Notes: generated by a model from the sequence alone, not told the origin. A DNA stretch of 61,399 nt, filler included, from Sphacelaria rigidula (GCA_964200075.2; 9 parts of 9 records of this genome joined end to end with filler, not necessarily neighbours in it); one strand, 5' to 3'; positions 1 through 11,836 are shown, numbered from the whole stretch's first letter. Numbers and translations: made by a program.

Positions 1-71
1 AACCAACTAGACTACTGACAAGTCAGCGCTGACTTGGTCATTAGTCTAGTTGGTTGTCTCTGAAACCGTCA
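1..71. mobile_element. Palindromic mini-element centred on AGCGCT, left end cut by the window start
   Basis: Imperfect palindrome 1-55 (aaccaactagacta...tagtctagttggtt) with centre gtcagcgctgac. The right end CGTCACA at 65-71 and the arm resemble the copy at 20119-20206. Confidence 0.65.
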
Positions 72-1089
72 CAGATCGCAGCCGGTTCGTTGGATGATGC
101 CGGTGTATTTTTTGTGATGGGGCTATCTCGGCATTAGTCACCTTCACATTTTATTGGGGCAGCACTGGAGTAGCGCTTCCGCCCAGCGTATCGACAGCCA
201 GCTATTGTATTTGCCAACCCAATCTACCGCTCTCCACGACGAATATCAGCAAAACTCTTTATCACCGTCGGGACTATTCTACCCAAGCTAGCGGTGCCCT
301 CCATTATCGTGCATGGTGAGCGTATGACTGTGGCACGTCCCACTGGCACCTACCTTGGTATCACCGATCCTCACCCTAACCCCAAACGCCAATCTTGTGC
401 GAAGCTGAGTAAAAACGCTGTCTTTGCTGCTTGACACCATTTTTTTCGACCCACGAGATGCCATGGCAAGTTCCAGTGAGACCTGCCAGATGCCACTGGC
501 ACCATGGCCTACAACTAATGGCCGTACAAACTGGCAGATGATACACCCGTTTGATTTCCAGGGCTCAGCATATTTTGCTCGTGAGTCTTATGAAGATAGC
601 GGAGGGGGTGTTGAATCCCACGAAAAAAAGGGCTCACACATAGGTGAGTCAAAATATATATATCACGCGCGCGGCGCGCTTGTGTTCGAGTAATAACGGT
701 GCCAAGCAGCACGAATGGGCGTATTTCCTGTAAGAAGCGCATTCGAACAACCGTTTCCGCTTTTCACGACGACTTGGGAATAGACTCCACAGGAAAATGG
801 CCAAAAATACCCCCCTCCCTATCGAAGCGAGGTCAATGGTCTCATGACTATGGTGTGCATGATCCTGAGTACACCCTCCCTATCGTAGCATGACTCCCAT
901 ACCGAGGGCCCCACGGAAAGTAGGCCGCACGCTTTGGAATTTTGTAACTCAACCGCGCGAGAGCCCAATATTATCGCATCACAGTTGACTGGTAGTATTA
1001 GAAGCCGATGGATTTAGGACACAGATATCTGATCGTGCGGTTTGCATCGTACCATCCACTACAAACTGGGGTATCGACGTCGATACCGT

Positions 1090-1327
1090 TGTAGTGAATG
1101 AGCGGACCGCGTGCTTTTTGGACCGCATCGGAGTTTAAATACCCCTTTAGTTAGAGTTAGGGTTGGATTGAGGTTGGGGTTGGGATTAGGATCGGATTAA
1201 GACTTGGTTTGAGGTCAGGGGCGTGGTCCCTGCATGGACGGGCCCGCGTTTTCTGAAAAAACGTCGATCCCGAGGTGTTTTGAACTCCAATGTGGTCAAA
1301 AATCATGCTGTCCGCTCATGCATTACA
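1090..1327 (+). mobile_element. MITE with TGT...ACA termini and internal degenerate TTAGGG repeats
   Basis: About 55-bp imperfect TIRs (tgtagtgaatgagcggacc... / ...gtccgctcatgcattaca). Flanks ccgt/tcgt give a 4-bp TSD with 1 mismatch. Colinear with the reverse complement of 55196-55400. Confidence 0.75.
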
Positions 1328-1454
1328 TCGTTGTCCCTGACCTTTACGCATACTGTTGTCCCTGACCTTTACGCATAAACTGAGCCGAGAAGATGATGAT
1401 CATTGCCTATCATCTCCGCTGCCACTTTTTTTATCTTACTCATGTGTATTTCAG

Positions 1455-1769
1455 GTCGATGCGGACGCTAATCTCGAGCTGCGCGCCACCCTCTGCTGGC
1501 TGGACCCACCCACCCCGGCGATGACTGCAAGAAAGATTCAACATGATCTCGACCTTACAATCACGTCCCCTTCGGGAGACTTGTACACCATGTGGGGTTC
1601 GGGTACCGTAGACTCAGTGAATGTCAACGAGCGGGTGATTGTAAGCCCTGATCAACTGGAAAGCGGAGCGTGGAACGTGAAGGTTTCATCGAAAGCTCTG
1701 TTGACCGACAGTCAAGACTACTCACTGGTGGTAACAGGCGCTATCAGTAATGTCGACAAGAAGCTTTAG
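1455..1769 (+). CDS. Terminal exon of a subtilisin-like (S8) serine protease, C-terminal beta-barrel domain
   Basis: Pyrimidine tract plus tttcag acceptor ending at 1454, then in-frame VDADANLELRATLCWLDPP...HDLDLTITSPSG...DSVNVNERV...GAWNVKV...QDYSLVVTG to TAG. These motifs (L.W.DP, DLDL.V..P.G, NVERV, Q.YSLVV) are typical of KP-43/TagC-like S8 C-terminal domains. Confidence 0.8.
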   Translation, partial: VDADANLELRATLCWLDPPTPAMTARKIQHDLDLTITSPSGDLYTMWGSGTVDSVNVNERVIVSPDQLESGAWNVKVSSKALLTDSQDYSLVVTGAISNVDKKL

Positions 1770-2132
1770 CTGATGTCAAGCCTCACGATAGGTCTGCGGC
1801 TTCGCGAATTGTAGCGCGGGAAGTCACTCCGTCGGTTGCGGTTCTGAAGATATGCCCTGTCCCTGTTGGTTGGAATCGCTCGCTATTAATTAGTGCAGAG
1901 TCGATGTGGCGGATGTGTTACTTATTTGAGGCACTTCTAGCAATAAGAAGTCACGTATGAGCGTCAATACAGGCAGCATATTTCATTTTCATGCCCTCGG
2001 TATCAACATAGCACTTGGGGGCGGGTTTAGCAGCCATTGTATCGTTTTAAATTATCAAGGTTTGTACGCCAATGCAAATGTGTGCAAGCCAAGGGATTGC
2101 AATTGCATCAACTTTCACCCCTCGTCTCCCCC

Positions 2133-2450
2133 ATGGCAGAATGTGAAATATACGAGGAGGAACGGGACGTGCTAGAGGGGAAAATGAGGGACGTGAAGGA
2201 AGGTGGCATGAATTTGCTTGATGCAGTAGACTGTGGCGAAAATGCGATGGCTATACTACGAGATAGGTGGTGGCCACAGACGGCGAAATAGGACGGAGAT
2301 AAGATATAAAAAAAGGTTTTGTGTAATGTACGAAACAAAATGTCATGAACACCGGAATGTTAGATGTGTCTTGTTGGGAGTAGGAACGGTGCTCCGTCTC
2401 AATGGTCAAACGACTAAGGCAAGCAACGAATGAGTGCGCTCCCCCCCCCC
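2133..2450 (+). mobile_element. 5'-truncated LINE 3' end (ORF2 C-terminus plus poly-C tail)
   Basis: AECEIYEEERDVLEG...RWWPQTAK matches 27002-27235 (AECELYKEERDVLEG...RWWPETVK). Ends ...gcaagcaacgaatgagtgcgct followed by C10. Confidence 0.8.
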
Positions 2451-3580
2451 TCTCGTCTCTTGTAGGGTGTCACCTTGTCGTAAGGTTGGAACTCTCCCAA
2501 GCTAGTACGAAGAGACAAGAGCAGCTTCTGCACTGTACCGGCCTTTCCACGCTGGCGGTTACGAGAGCACCGATAGTCCCCATGGTCGTTGTAGAGGCTC
2601 TGACTCACGTCGTACGAGGGGATCGTAGCTGTATGGCGACAGCATGTAGTGGTTCTTCACACACAAAGGTTTGGACGGGTATAACTGCAGCACCATCAAG
2701 CTATGGATAAGTGTGGGGGGCATGATGCTGCACATTTCGTTCGGAGACGCATGACGGCGGAATCAGGTGGTGAAATACAGAAGTTGTAGGGAAAACATCA
2801 GCGTATACAGTATATGACAGCATGGGCAGGGCAGTGCAGGGCAGAGTTGTAGACAATGCGGCACAGGTATAAGATCGATTGACATGAGTCTGCTTTGTGG
2901 CCGGGTTGTCTTCACTGGTAACGTCTGCTCTGTCGATCACGGGCAAAAGACTTAAAAATTTTCACTCCAAACCAGGGGGCCAAACTCGAGTGAAGACCCG
3001 TGGCCAGCAAAATGCAAAGAAACACCCCTACCATCAGATTCATCGGCATGCACTTACCTGCGTGTTCCATTCTTCCTGATCACCAGATTACGCACCTGCG
3101 TGCGTGTCCCATTCATTCATGCGCGCCATTTTCCATCTGAACAATACGCCACCCTCGGGATATTTTTGCCAGCATCCACATCATCAATGCTCGAATCCGT
3201 CCATTATCCCCCCCGGGCTTTTGCACGACATGCGTATCCATACCAATCAGTGCGGACAAATTCGATGAGCTCGCCTGCTCGCGGCTACGCCTTGATTTTC
3301 CTTCCCAATGATTGTTCACTTATCAATGATTTGTGTCGAGGACTTTTTCGCAATTCGGTACACCGATAGAAAACCTCAACCATGAATTCTAATATTTTCT
3401 CGATATTCACCAATGAATTCCCTTTAAATCCCATCGATGATGACAAACGAAAAACGCATAGCAGGAGTTACCTCGCCCTCCTCCATCACTATATTGGCAC
3501 TCCAGCTACACTCTGAATCTCCAACACTCTACCTATTCGTACCCACGAACGACACTTCCTACGATAGCCCTCCCCAAATT

Positions 3581-3633
3581 GGTCAATGGTCAAACGACTA
3601 AGGCAAGCAACAAATGAGTACGCCCCCCCCCCC
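3581..3633 (+). repeat. Short LINE 3'-terminus copy with poly-C
   Basis: ggtcaatggtcaaacgactaaggcaagcaacaaatgagtacg followed by a C run; same motif as 2401-2450. Confidence 0.8.
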
Positions 3634-4859
3634 AAAAAAGGGCAACTTTCACCGACTCAAAGTCTACGTATCACGAGTTCTTCAGAGAACTCAAATTTGT
3701 CGGTCTGCCAAGTTTAAAGAGTTCATTGTACCCTCAGCACGCCGCTGGTGAGCAAAACAGCGCCGGAGGTTGTTATTTGGCGCCGGTCTCGAGACACAGA
3801 ATCGTGCGAAGATCATTGGCCACCGCATCCATACTGAACAAACAGTTGTTGAGTCTCCGTTTTTCTCTCAGGGGCACCTGAGAGACATCAGTGTGGAAAT
3901 ACAAAAACGGCAGGGGTGGCGGTGGTGGTGATCCCTTGTCATTCGACGGGCCAAACCCTTGCACTTTTTCAAATCAAGTGTCCTTCACGCTAGGAACCAC
4001 CGCATTGCGCATCTATAGGTAGTATAAGGATCCGCACGAAGTTTCAGGTCACTTCATCGCCCCTGGGTTGAGTTTAACCCATGGCTGATATTGCGGCTGT
4101 ACCCGGCGCTGCACGGACGGTGGGTCGGAGAGATGAAAGACACCCGCACAAAAACTTTGGAACCGTACATCTCTGTCAATACGGGAGCAAAATAAACGTC
4201 TGGTATATCAAATTGAAGATCTCCTTAATCACAAATACATCCCCACGTGTGGTTTTTTCACCGTTTCCTGTGCGTTCAGAAGTTGTGGCCTATCGTCCCA
4301 GGGGTTACGCTACATGCATTTCGTATACTCCCTCGAACCTCTTTCTCAAAGTTTCAGGAAACTTCCGAATCTGTATTTATCCGACAAAACAAACGGTGTT
4401 TTGATACACATCGGTCTACCCCCTGCACTGGGCTCGACGCACACCCGCAGCCGTGCTGAGTATGCCACATATCGCATGAGTACTTCTCGTCCTTATTGCT
4501 GTCTTAACGATGGCGCAAAATTCTAATGGAAATAACCGCGAAATACCCCGATCACGCGGCCCCCCGTCTGACCGTGCTCGCCGGGGGCAGAGAACGTTCT
4601 TCGCCACCACTCCGGTTGCCTCCACTGGTGGACCAGAACTCATCGCCCTCGGGGTCCTCGTCGTCGTGACTTCCGGCACTCCGTGGGTGGTCGGTCATCT
4701 ACGTCTACACCTCTTACCCGAGAGAGTTTACGTGCGGAGCGTATGTGTCTCATGGGTCGGCAGCAAGATTATTTGCCCAGTACTGGTCAACGGCAGCAAC
4801 AGCGCCAACAAGCCGCCAGGGATCGCAGAAACGCTAACCTTCGCACGAGGCGACAAGCG

Positions 4860-5498
4860 ATGAGATGTGTTGTCGTATTTTAAACGTAGATTCGCGATAT
4901 AGTACACAGCCGTACTACAGTACAGTGCACTGAGCAGTACATGCGTATATAGATTTGCACACCACTCCGTACAAGATTTTGACGGATACTGCTGTATCAG
5001 AGAGCTTCAATGAGGTGTGTTTTCCAATTACCATGATGCGCTACACAGTCGTACTGCAGTACAGCATTACAGCAGTACATACCAATAGTCTACAACTTTA
5101 CATGCCGCAACGTTCATGCTCCGCTGTTCATCAGTTCCGCCCTGTCACAGCGATGCCGACCGCGACAGCAATAACAGTGCGCGTAGAGAGCAGAGAGCCT
5201 CGATGAGGTGTGTTGTTGCTTCAACTTTAAACGTAGACTCATGCTATGCGTACAGCAGTACCTACTCTGTTGTTTTGTACCCGAGCTACAGTGTACTTTC
5301 AAACATATGATGATGGCTAAACAGCGCTTGTTTCTTTTTCCCATAACAAGCTGCAACGTTGATGCTCATGGTCGGATACTGCTGTATCAGAGAGCTTCGA
5401 TGAGGTGTGTCCTCAAATTACCATGCTGTGCTACACAGTCGTACTGCAGTACAGCAGTACAGCAGTACATACCATAGATAGACAATAGTCTACAACTT
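4860..5498. repeat. Imperfect direct duplication
   Basis: The block cggatactgctgtatcagagagcttc...caatagtctacaactt occurs at about 4983-5099 and 5373-5498. The gatgag(a/g)tgtgttg...tttaaacgtaga motif occurs at 4860 and 5202. Confidence 0.7.
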
Positions 5499-6663
5499 TC
5501 GACTAACAACTCTCGCACCCTCTCCCATCCTCTCTTCCTCCTGCTTCGTGTCTTTGCCACCTTACATTGCTATGCAAGAACTACCTACTACTCACAAGCC
5601 CAACGTCGTCTCCTGCCTACGACATTCTTCAATTTCACTTCTCGTAAATTGCAGAGCACGATACCTGTACGGAGTTTTCTCATACAGCGCGTGTCTGATG
5701 GCTTTTGGGCCTTCTGTCCTTCGTTTGCAAGTTTATAAGTACGTACCCGGATATCTTGCACGGGGTTCGCGTCTCCTGCAGCAGGCACCTGCTGACTTTT
5801 GTGTCCTCTCTACGGGAGTTTTTTTTTTTCTTTGCCTTGTTTTCGTAATCAATGACGTATCACAACGAGTGTAGCTCGTACCTGTCTCCTCTCTTTCCAA
5901 TTGTAAGGGTTTACCACCCTCCTTTTCCTTTGGTTTACCGAGGTTTTCAGCGCTTTTCCTTCGAGTTGGTGGGGTGGACTTGTCGTCGGTGCGAAATGCA
6001 ATTTTCCTGGTTTGCTCTACAAACTTGATTGTTGTGCTTTCAGATGTCTTTGCGCGTATCATGCGCCTCCTACGGTGTCATCTATCTTGCGCATCCGCTT
6101 TGCCTGCGATAGAACCGTGCGTACAGACTTCTTACCTCTGCTGTTTTTGCCATGTTTACTTACTAGTACTTGACCTTTCAGTGTCTTACTTGTTTTCTCT
6201 TGGCTTTCTGCTCTTCACCTCTTGTCGTAGGACTCAAGTCGCACCTTTTCCTCTCTCGTTGTGTCGGATGTGGCGTGCACGCAGGAAGATCACTTGTAGT
6301 GAGAAACAACTTGTTCTTGTGCCGTAGCTTTTGGTGCTGTATGTAGATATACACTACTTCAGCCGTTGTTGGTCCTGTGTTTGACTACACGCAGCACGTT
6401 GCTGCTCGCATCATAGGGTCTGGTTAACACGCGACTTTAATCCATATGTATGCACCTCGTCTGTACTGCGGGGATCGCATCTGTCTGAGACTTTTTTTCT
6501 CAGTTCTTCCCTTGCATCGGGTGTCCTTTGCCCTACTGCTCTTTGCGCCAACACATTTCCAATAATGCTCACCACCTTCCTATCTACCTCTTCTTTTCGG
6601 ACACCATCGCCGCATACCTGCTACCACCATCTCTCCTCATAATATCCGACCGGATACATATAA

Positions 6664-6734
6664 CAGGGTTGCCAGAAAAATGAGAACGTATTTTGAAATG
6701 AGAATCAACCGCTCCCCGGAATTGTGTCCATTTT
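6664..6734 (+). mobile_element. Possible hAT-type terminus, cut by the spacer
   Basis: Starts CAGGGTTGCCAG, a common hAT TIR start. The partner end is not in the segment. Confidence 0.3.
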
Positions 6735-6834
6735 NNNNNNNNNNNNNNNNNNNNNNNNNNNNNNNNNNNNNNNNNNNNTTAATTAATTAANNNNNNNNNN
6801 NNNNNNNNNNNNNNNNNNNNNNNNNNNNNNNNNN
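6735..6834. other. Artificial 100-bp spacer (first of eight)
   Basis: N44-TTAATTAATTAA-N44, with stops in all six frames. Identical spacers at 13569-13668, 20403-20502, 27236-27335, 34069-34168, 40902-41001, 47735-47834 and 54568-54667. Confidence 0.98.
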
Positions 6835-7116
6835 AGTCGACTAATTTGTTTACTAACGTTCTCACGCTTTCCACGGTGGAAATCATACATTACGAAGAAA
6901 AAAGTAGTTAAGGTGATGTAATATCGCCTGTGGTGAAGTTTTTAGCCTTGGTGTTCCGTCAAACCCTGCGGCGGTCACGTCCTGGAGTGTCGTTCCGAGG
7001 GTTCTAGCAGCGTCCGCAGTAATATGCCCTTCTTGTCAGTCCATCATACTGAAATATGTTTCCACCGTTTCGTACAGTGACTCTCAATTATATCAAGCGC
7101 GCTTGGAGACATAATC

Positions 7117-7509
7117 GTGATGGGTACACGAGAATGTAATCAAACATCTCGAAGGATTGGACTCGAGGAGATACCGAGTTACGTCCACTCTCGACCGATT
7201 TCGAGTCGCGGGGGCAGCAACGGCATCACTACAGTACGCCGAAACCTCAAGTCTGATATCCCCCCACTTGTCATATTTGCCTTGCAGGAGTGCGTAGTGT
7301 TCGAGGACGGCGAAGCAAAGTGCGGAGATACATGCGCGATTTGCCTCCCCGATCAGCTCTGCGAACTGGTGCCCGTGACGTGCATAATCACGCCGTGTAA
7401 CTTCCCTCCAGGAGTCCTGTGCATCGATATCAGTGATGATGACCTCAATGACGATGACGGAAGTATGTCCTTCCACTTCGACTTCGACGACGACACTATA
7501 CTCTACTAA
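7117..7509 (+). pseudogene. Degenerate RING-finger-like ORF with an acidic tail
   Basis: DTCAICL...IITPCN..., where the second half of the RING ligands is missing or altered. Asp-rich C-terminus; no introns visible. Confidence 0.35.
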
Positions 7510-9479
7510 AAGGGGAATAGCTACGACGCGCGCCGTTTTACGCACGCCATGAACACGGATGTCGCTAGAGACGGCAAGATCACGATCGCCCTGCTGTTGA
7601 GTGATGCAGTGTAAAGTCATTCCAAGACGATATATATTTGTCCATATTCTCGAGATGATCACCATGTCTAATGATAATGATGATAATAATGATGATGATG
7701 ATGGTGGTGACAGTCACGATTATGGTCGTGATAGCGGTAGTGGAGCATGACCTTCTGGTCCGATCAGGAGGGCATCGACGACTGTGTGTGTTGTACGACC
7801 TACCAGTCATTGAGTGTGATCCATATCCATCATCTATGGTTGATCGTGCATTTTGATTGGGTTGACACAGTACGATAATTTCTTCAATGAAGATCCATCC
7901 CATTTGAGGGGCGCGTCAGGGGGAAAATAATAGCCTCGTGATCGTTTCTACGGAAGGCGCGATGTACGTCTTGTTAACCCTTCGAACGCGGAGTGGTCCA
8001 CTTGAATCCATTTGTGCAAATATACCGCTTTATAGATTGATTGGTGTATATGGTTTCTCATAAATTCATGCTCCAAGAATCTTCGTGGTCGAATGACTAA
8101 CGGTTTGGTGTCGACAGTCGTCGATATATATGCTGAATCGTCCCAATTTGCTTCTTCAGGGAATGAAGTATGGGGCATGTAGAGTGGTCGACTAGAACGG
8201 GATCGACGAGCTTCGTGCGTCTCTTCCGAGACCGTCTTTCCCACACACTGACGCTTGTACCCCGGGGAGGAGACGATTGTCTTTGACAGGGAGGTGCATT
8301 GTTCATTTGAGCTCGTCATGCTCTTGTTTGCGTCCGGCTGAGTGCGCGTGTCTTCCCGAGATCAGGTTAGATAAATTGATCGGATTAGTTGCTTGATTGT
8401 GCTTTGCTAAGTGAAATGTGGATCAAGAGCTCCAGAGCTAGGATATAGTATGTAGTACATTTTGATGAGTTTGGCTATCGTGAGATGTATTGTCCTGAAA
8501 GCAAGTGTATGTTGGGTTTAAAATCTTCCGCCAACGAACGATAGTTACGCCTTCCAGTACATATGTGCTTTCATCCTTGAGGTTTATGCTATATCAGTGT
8601 GGCCGCCTGCCAGTAGGTGGTGCGTCACCCCCTTGTACGTGGCTGTTCATTGAAAAATCTGCGCGTTTGTTTCTCTCGGGGAGGGAGAGCGCCCACGGCA
8701 ATGCGGAAGTAACATTTGAATCCAGAGCATATCACTTAATGGGAATCGAGGATGATGAAGGGTGTCTTGTGGACAACAATATACCGGCAGCGTCAGATTG
8801 TGACTTGACTGCGTTGCTTTTGTTTCCCTGGGAGGGCCTGAAAGGGTTTCCCATTCGAGCTGTCTTCCATCGATTGTGTGTGTTCAGTGATTTGTGCATC
8901 CTACCATCATCATGGGTCCTTCTGCGTGTGTTCGTTTTCGTGAAGTTTTGGGTCCACATAGGTGTGGAGGAAGCGCGCTCTATCATCGTAGAACGGCAGA
9001 GTGGCACCCGGCCGACTGATTGGCCAAATACCCAAAATCATGAAACCTGATTGGCGGGATATTCCTCTTGCGACGGCTGATGCCATTCACGTCTCTTTGG
9101 AGCGTCTTGCAGGCTTCTAGATATGGATGGTGTCACGCGGTGGGGTTGGATCCACCATTGAGTACAGTGCGTATTTTGCCCGTGGGTACTGTAAGCACGC
9201 ACCGGTAGTTCTGGGCGTACCATAGAGGAAGACGCGGCTGCTTCGACGGGTTCATATCTGCAAAGGTGTTTTCGCCTTGCCAACGACCAGGTAGAGCTGA
9301 GTTGGAAAAGTCATCTCGCACAACGGAAAGGGCGAGAAATATACAAGCGTATGAGACGGCCCATCATCACGGATTAAATAATGGTGTCATGACAGTGTTT
9401 TATCATCTCGGCAAATTTTGTTTTTCTCCGCGCTCGACTTCGTCCGTACCACAGAGAACGGACGTCGACTTACGACTGA

Positions 9480-9917
9480 CTGACTCTGTTACATCAGTTG
9501 CAGATGATACTCGAGTGAGCAAGAGGTGCGATTGGAGACCGACTGGAAAAGGTGGTCACTAACGGAGCTCAGGTTGAGCCCGCGGATATGATCATGAAGA
9601 TGATCATACTCCGACGACGTTCCATTTGGAGAAAGCATGTGTTAGCTACAGCATGGACAAACGTTTCAAATATGCCAAAGTGTTGCCCTTGCCAATCTCT
9701 CCAATCAGGCCCTCCTGTCAGAGTTCTATAAACTGTTGCAGATCAACGAATAACTGAATCTGAGAGGAGCGCGCCCGTCCGCCGTAGGACTACCACTAGT
9801 ACTACCGCTGCTGCTACAGCCACCACCACTACCACTGCGCCGGCTATTGTTGTGCATGAAATATGGAATGTCTTCTTCATCGTGATGGGCGATGAAGAAT
9901 GTCACGGGTTTCGTCAC
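9480..9917 (-). pseudogene. Decayed HNH-endonuclease-like ORF
   Basis: Reading through stops after ORF 9726-9917 gives VCPCCS*HMLSPNGTSSEYDHLHDHIRGLNLSSVSDHLFQ, then after one frameshift LAHSSIICN*CNRV. The layout is CxxC...ExDH...CxxCN. Confidence 0.4.
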
Positions 9918-10209
9918 TGGAGTCTTTACACGTTGACCACATTACGTCAGGGCGACCTACAACAACGCCCAACGAGCGTAACCGTTCGCGAGAACTAGAG
10001 AAATATATCTCATAATTGGCGGAGGACAAAGTCTAGCCAACGATTGGAGTACGGTGAAGGCGATGTGGGAAGAGAGAGAGAGCGGGGTTTGTCGCCGTGC
10101 AGGTACTTATCACCCCTCTTCCCGCCCCTCATCCCCCCGGTACCTATACCAACATGATGTCATTGCAAGAGGCTGATGATGGTCTCATATAGTACGAAGT
10201 AGTTTCCTT

Positions 10210-10992
10210 TGAAATAGGGATTTTTGTAACTCTTTCGTAGTCGACGATTTTCGATATTTTTTTGCGTGTCACCGCTCATGCCAGGGAACGTTTGATCCCG
10301 AAGTTTGGGGATCGGGGGATACTAGAAAGTCCGTTCCAGATTCCAAACAAAAAACATCTCTGCGCTCAATATTGACCGACTTAGGGGCTGAATTGACGGG
10401 GGGTGCCATTGACCGTTTTTGGTCTAAAACACGTTTCTTTTCGACTCTAGCGTCATGAATGGGTAAACATCAAGAGCAGGGTCTGTGAAACTAATCACAA
10501 GAGCGGTTAGAAAGTCCTAGCGCCGAGGGATATCAGGGGGAGAATCGGGTGGTACTCAGGACACAACCCTCATATGGTGTTGTTGGAGTCATGCGGAGAA
10601 GGTTCCTCGTTTAACAGGGAGTGTTATCGACCGTGACTGGTCCAATAAACACAGTTTTTCGGCTCTAGCGCAATAAGTAGGTAGATATTCCAGAAAATGT
10701 TCCTTTGATTTCTTCACAAGAACGACCGGGAATCCTACAATAATCGAGCAAAAACATCCAAGGGTCAGAACCTGGGGCTGGGTAGTGATAGGACCTCCGA
10801 AAAACAGTCAGCCCATAAGTCGTTCAATATTGAATGCAAACATGTTCTCTGTTTCGGAGTGTGGAGCGGATAAGCAGTATCTCCCGATTCCCAAACGTTG
10901 GGATCAAACCTTTACTGGGATGAGCGGTGGCACGCAAAAGGATGATTGAAAATCGCCGACTATAAAAAAAATGCGAAAAATTCCCTATTTCA
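10210..10992. mobile_element. Non-autonomous TIR element with about 115-bp imperfect TIRs
   Basis: tgaaataggga...gcgtgtcaccgctcatgccag...tttgatcccgaagtttgggga is inverted at 10876-10992. The internal motif (ttgaccgtttttggtc) is related to 44171-44622. Confidence 0.75.
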
Positions 10993-11037
10993 GCTGCAAA
11001 TTACTGTCGAAATCTTTGTCACGGAGAAGACACCTGG

Positions 11038-11109
11038 TATTAAGATGACACAATAACCACTGAGCCGCCCCGTCAGCGCCGACTGGTTCAGTGACTGTCG
11101 TGAAATCTT
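11038..11109. mobile_element. Diverged AGCGC(T/C)-centred palindromic mini-element with an interrupted right end
   Basis: aagatgacacaataaccactgagcc...ggttcagtgactgtcgtgaaatctt is homologous to 12124-12203. Its terminal caca is displaced to 11845-11848. Confidence 0.6.
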
Positions 11110-11557
11110 TGACACGTCGGACAACTCAACTCAGGTTAACACGAGTTAACTCTTTCCCGCATAAACCTGTGAGTTATACTGTAGCAACATAACTCAGTGG
11201 TGCACATCCTGGCCGGGTGAGTTATACTACACAACTCAGCGGTGCATATTCTGGCGGGGTGAGTTACACAGCATAACTCAGCGATGCAGATTACGGCCAG
11301 GTACTTATAGAAGACAACTCAGCAGTACACATTCTAGCCGGGTGAGTTATAGAAGATGACTCAGCGGTGCACATTCTAGCCGTGTGAGTTATAGAAGATA
11401 ACTCAGCGATGCACTTTCTGGCCATGTGAGTTGTAGAAGATAACCCAGTGGTGCATGTTCTGGCCGGGCGAGTTATAGAAGATAACTCAGGGGTGCATAT
11501 TTTCGGCAGCTGAATGATACAGAATAACTGAGTTGATTCATAGGTTGTCCGACGTGC
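11110..11557. mobile_element. TIR element A (CACGTCGGACAAC termini) containing a 42-bp tandem array
   Basis: cacgtcggacaac at 11113-11125 and gttgtccgacgtg at 11544-11556. Flanked by GAAATCTT at 11102-11109 and 11558-11565. Confidence 0.75.
11169..11535. repeat. Minisatellite, about 42-bp unit, about 8.5 copies
   Basis: Unit approximately gtgagttatagaagataactcagcggtgcacattctggccgg. Each unit carries the dyad gagttat-N5-ataactc. Confidence 0.9.
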
Positions 11558-11565
11558 GAAATCTT

Positions 11566-11836
11566 CACACGTCGGACAGATCATGATCTGTCTGAAACAG
11601 CTGATGAAAGAAGACTCTCGAGTCCGTTGGTCCAAAAACACAAAATATGTGACAGCGGAGTCAGTAAAGCCAAAGCGCAACCTTTGCACTACTCGGCATG
11701 CTCAGCGTCCGGCACCGTAAGGAGAAAACAGGGAAAAGTAGGGTCAGATGATCCGGATCATGATCCAGATCATGATCCGGATCAGTATACTGAGAAGAAG
11801 TAATTTTCAGACAGATCATGATCTGTCCGACGTGTG
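11566..11836. mobile_element. MITE B with perfect 32-bp TIRs and 8-bp TSD GAAATCTT
   Basis: cacacgtcggacagatcatgatctgtctgaaa (11566-11597) and its exact reverse complement (11805-11836). GAAATCTT at 11558-11565 and 11837-11844. Confidence 0.9.

Noticed and set aside
5500..6650. Purine-rich minus strand with Lys/Arg/Glu-rich frames
   Set aside because: May be decayed TE coding sequence, but no recognisable motif.
6779..6790. TTAATTAATTAA palindrome recurring every ~6.8 kb
   Set aside because: Six-frame stop linker embedded in Ns; artificial.
11009..11016. A fourth GAAATCTT just after the 10210-10992 element
   Set aside because: No matching copy at that element's left end, so it cannot be called a TSD.
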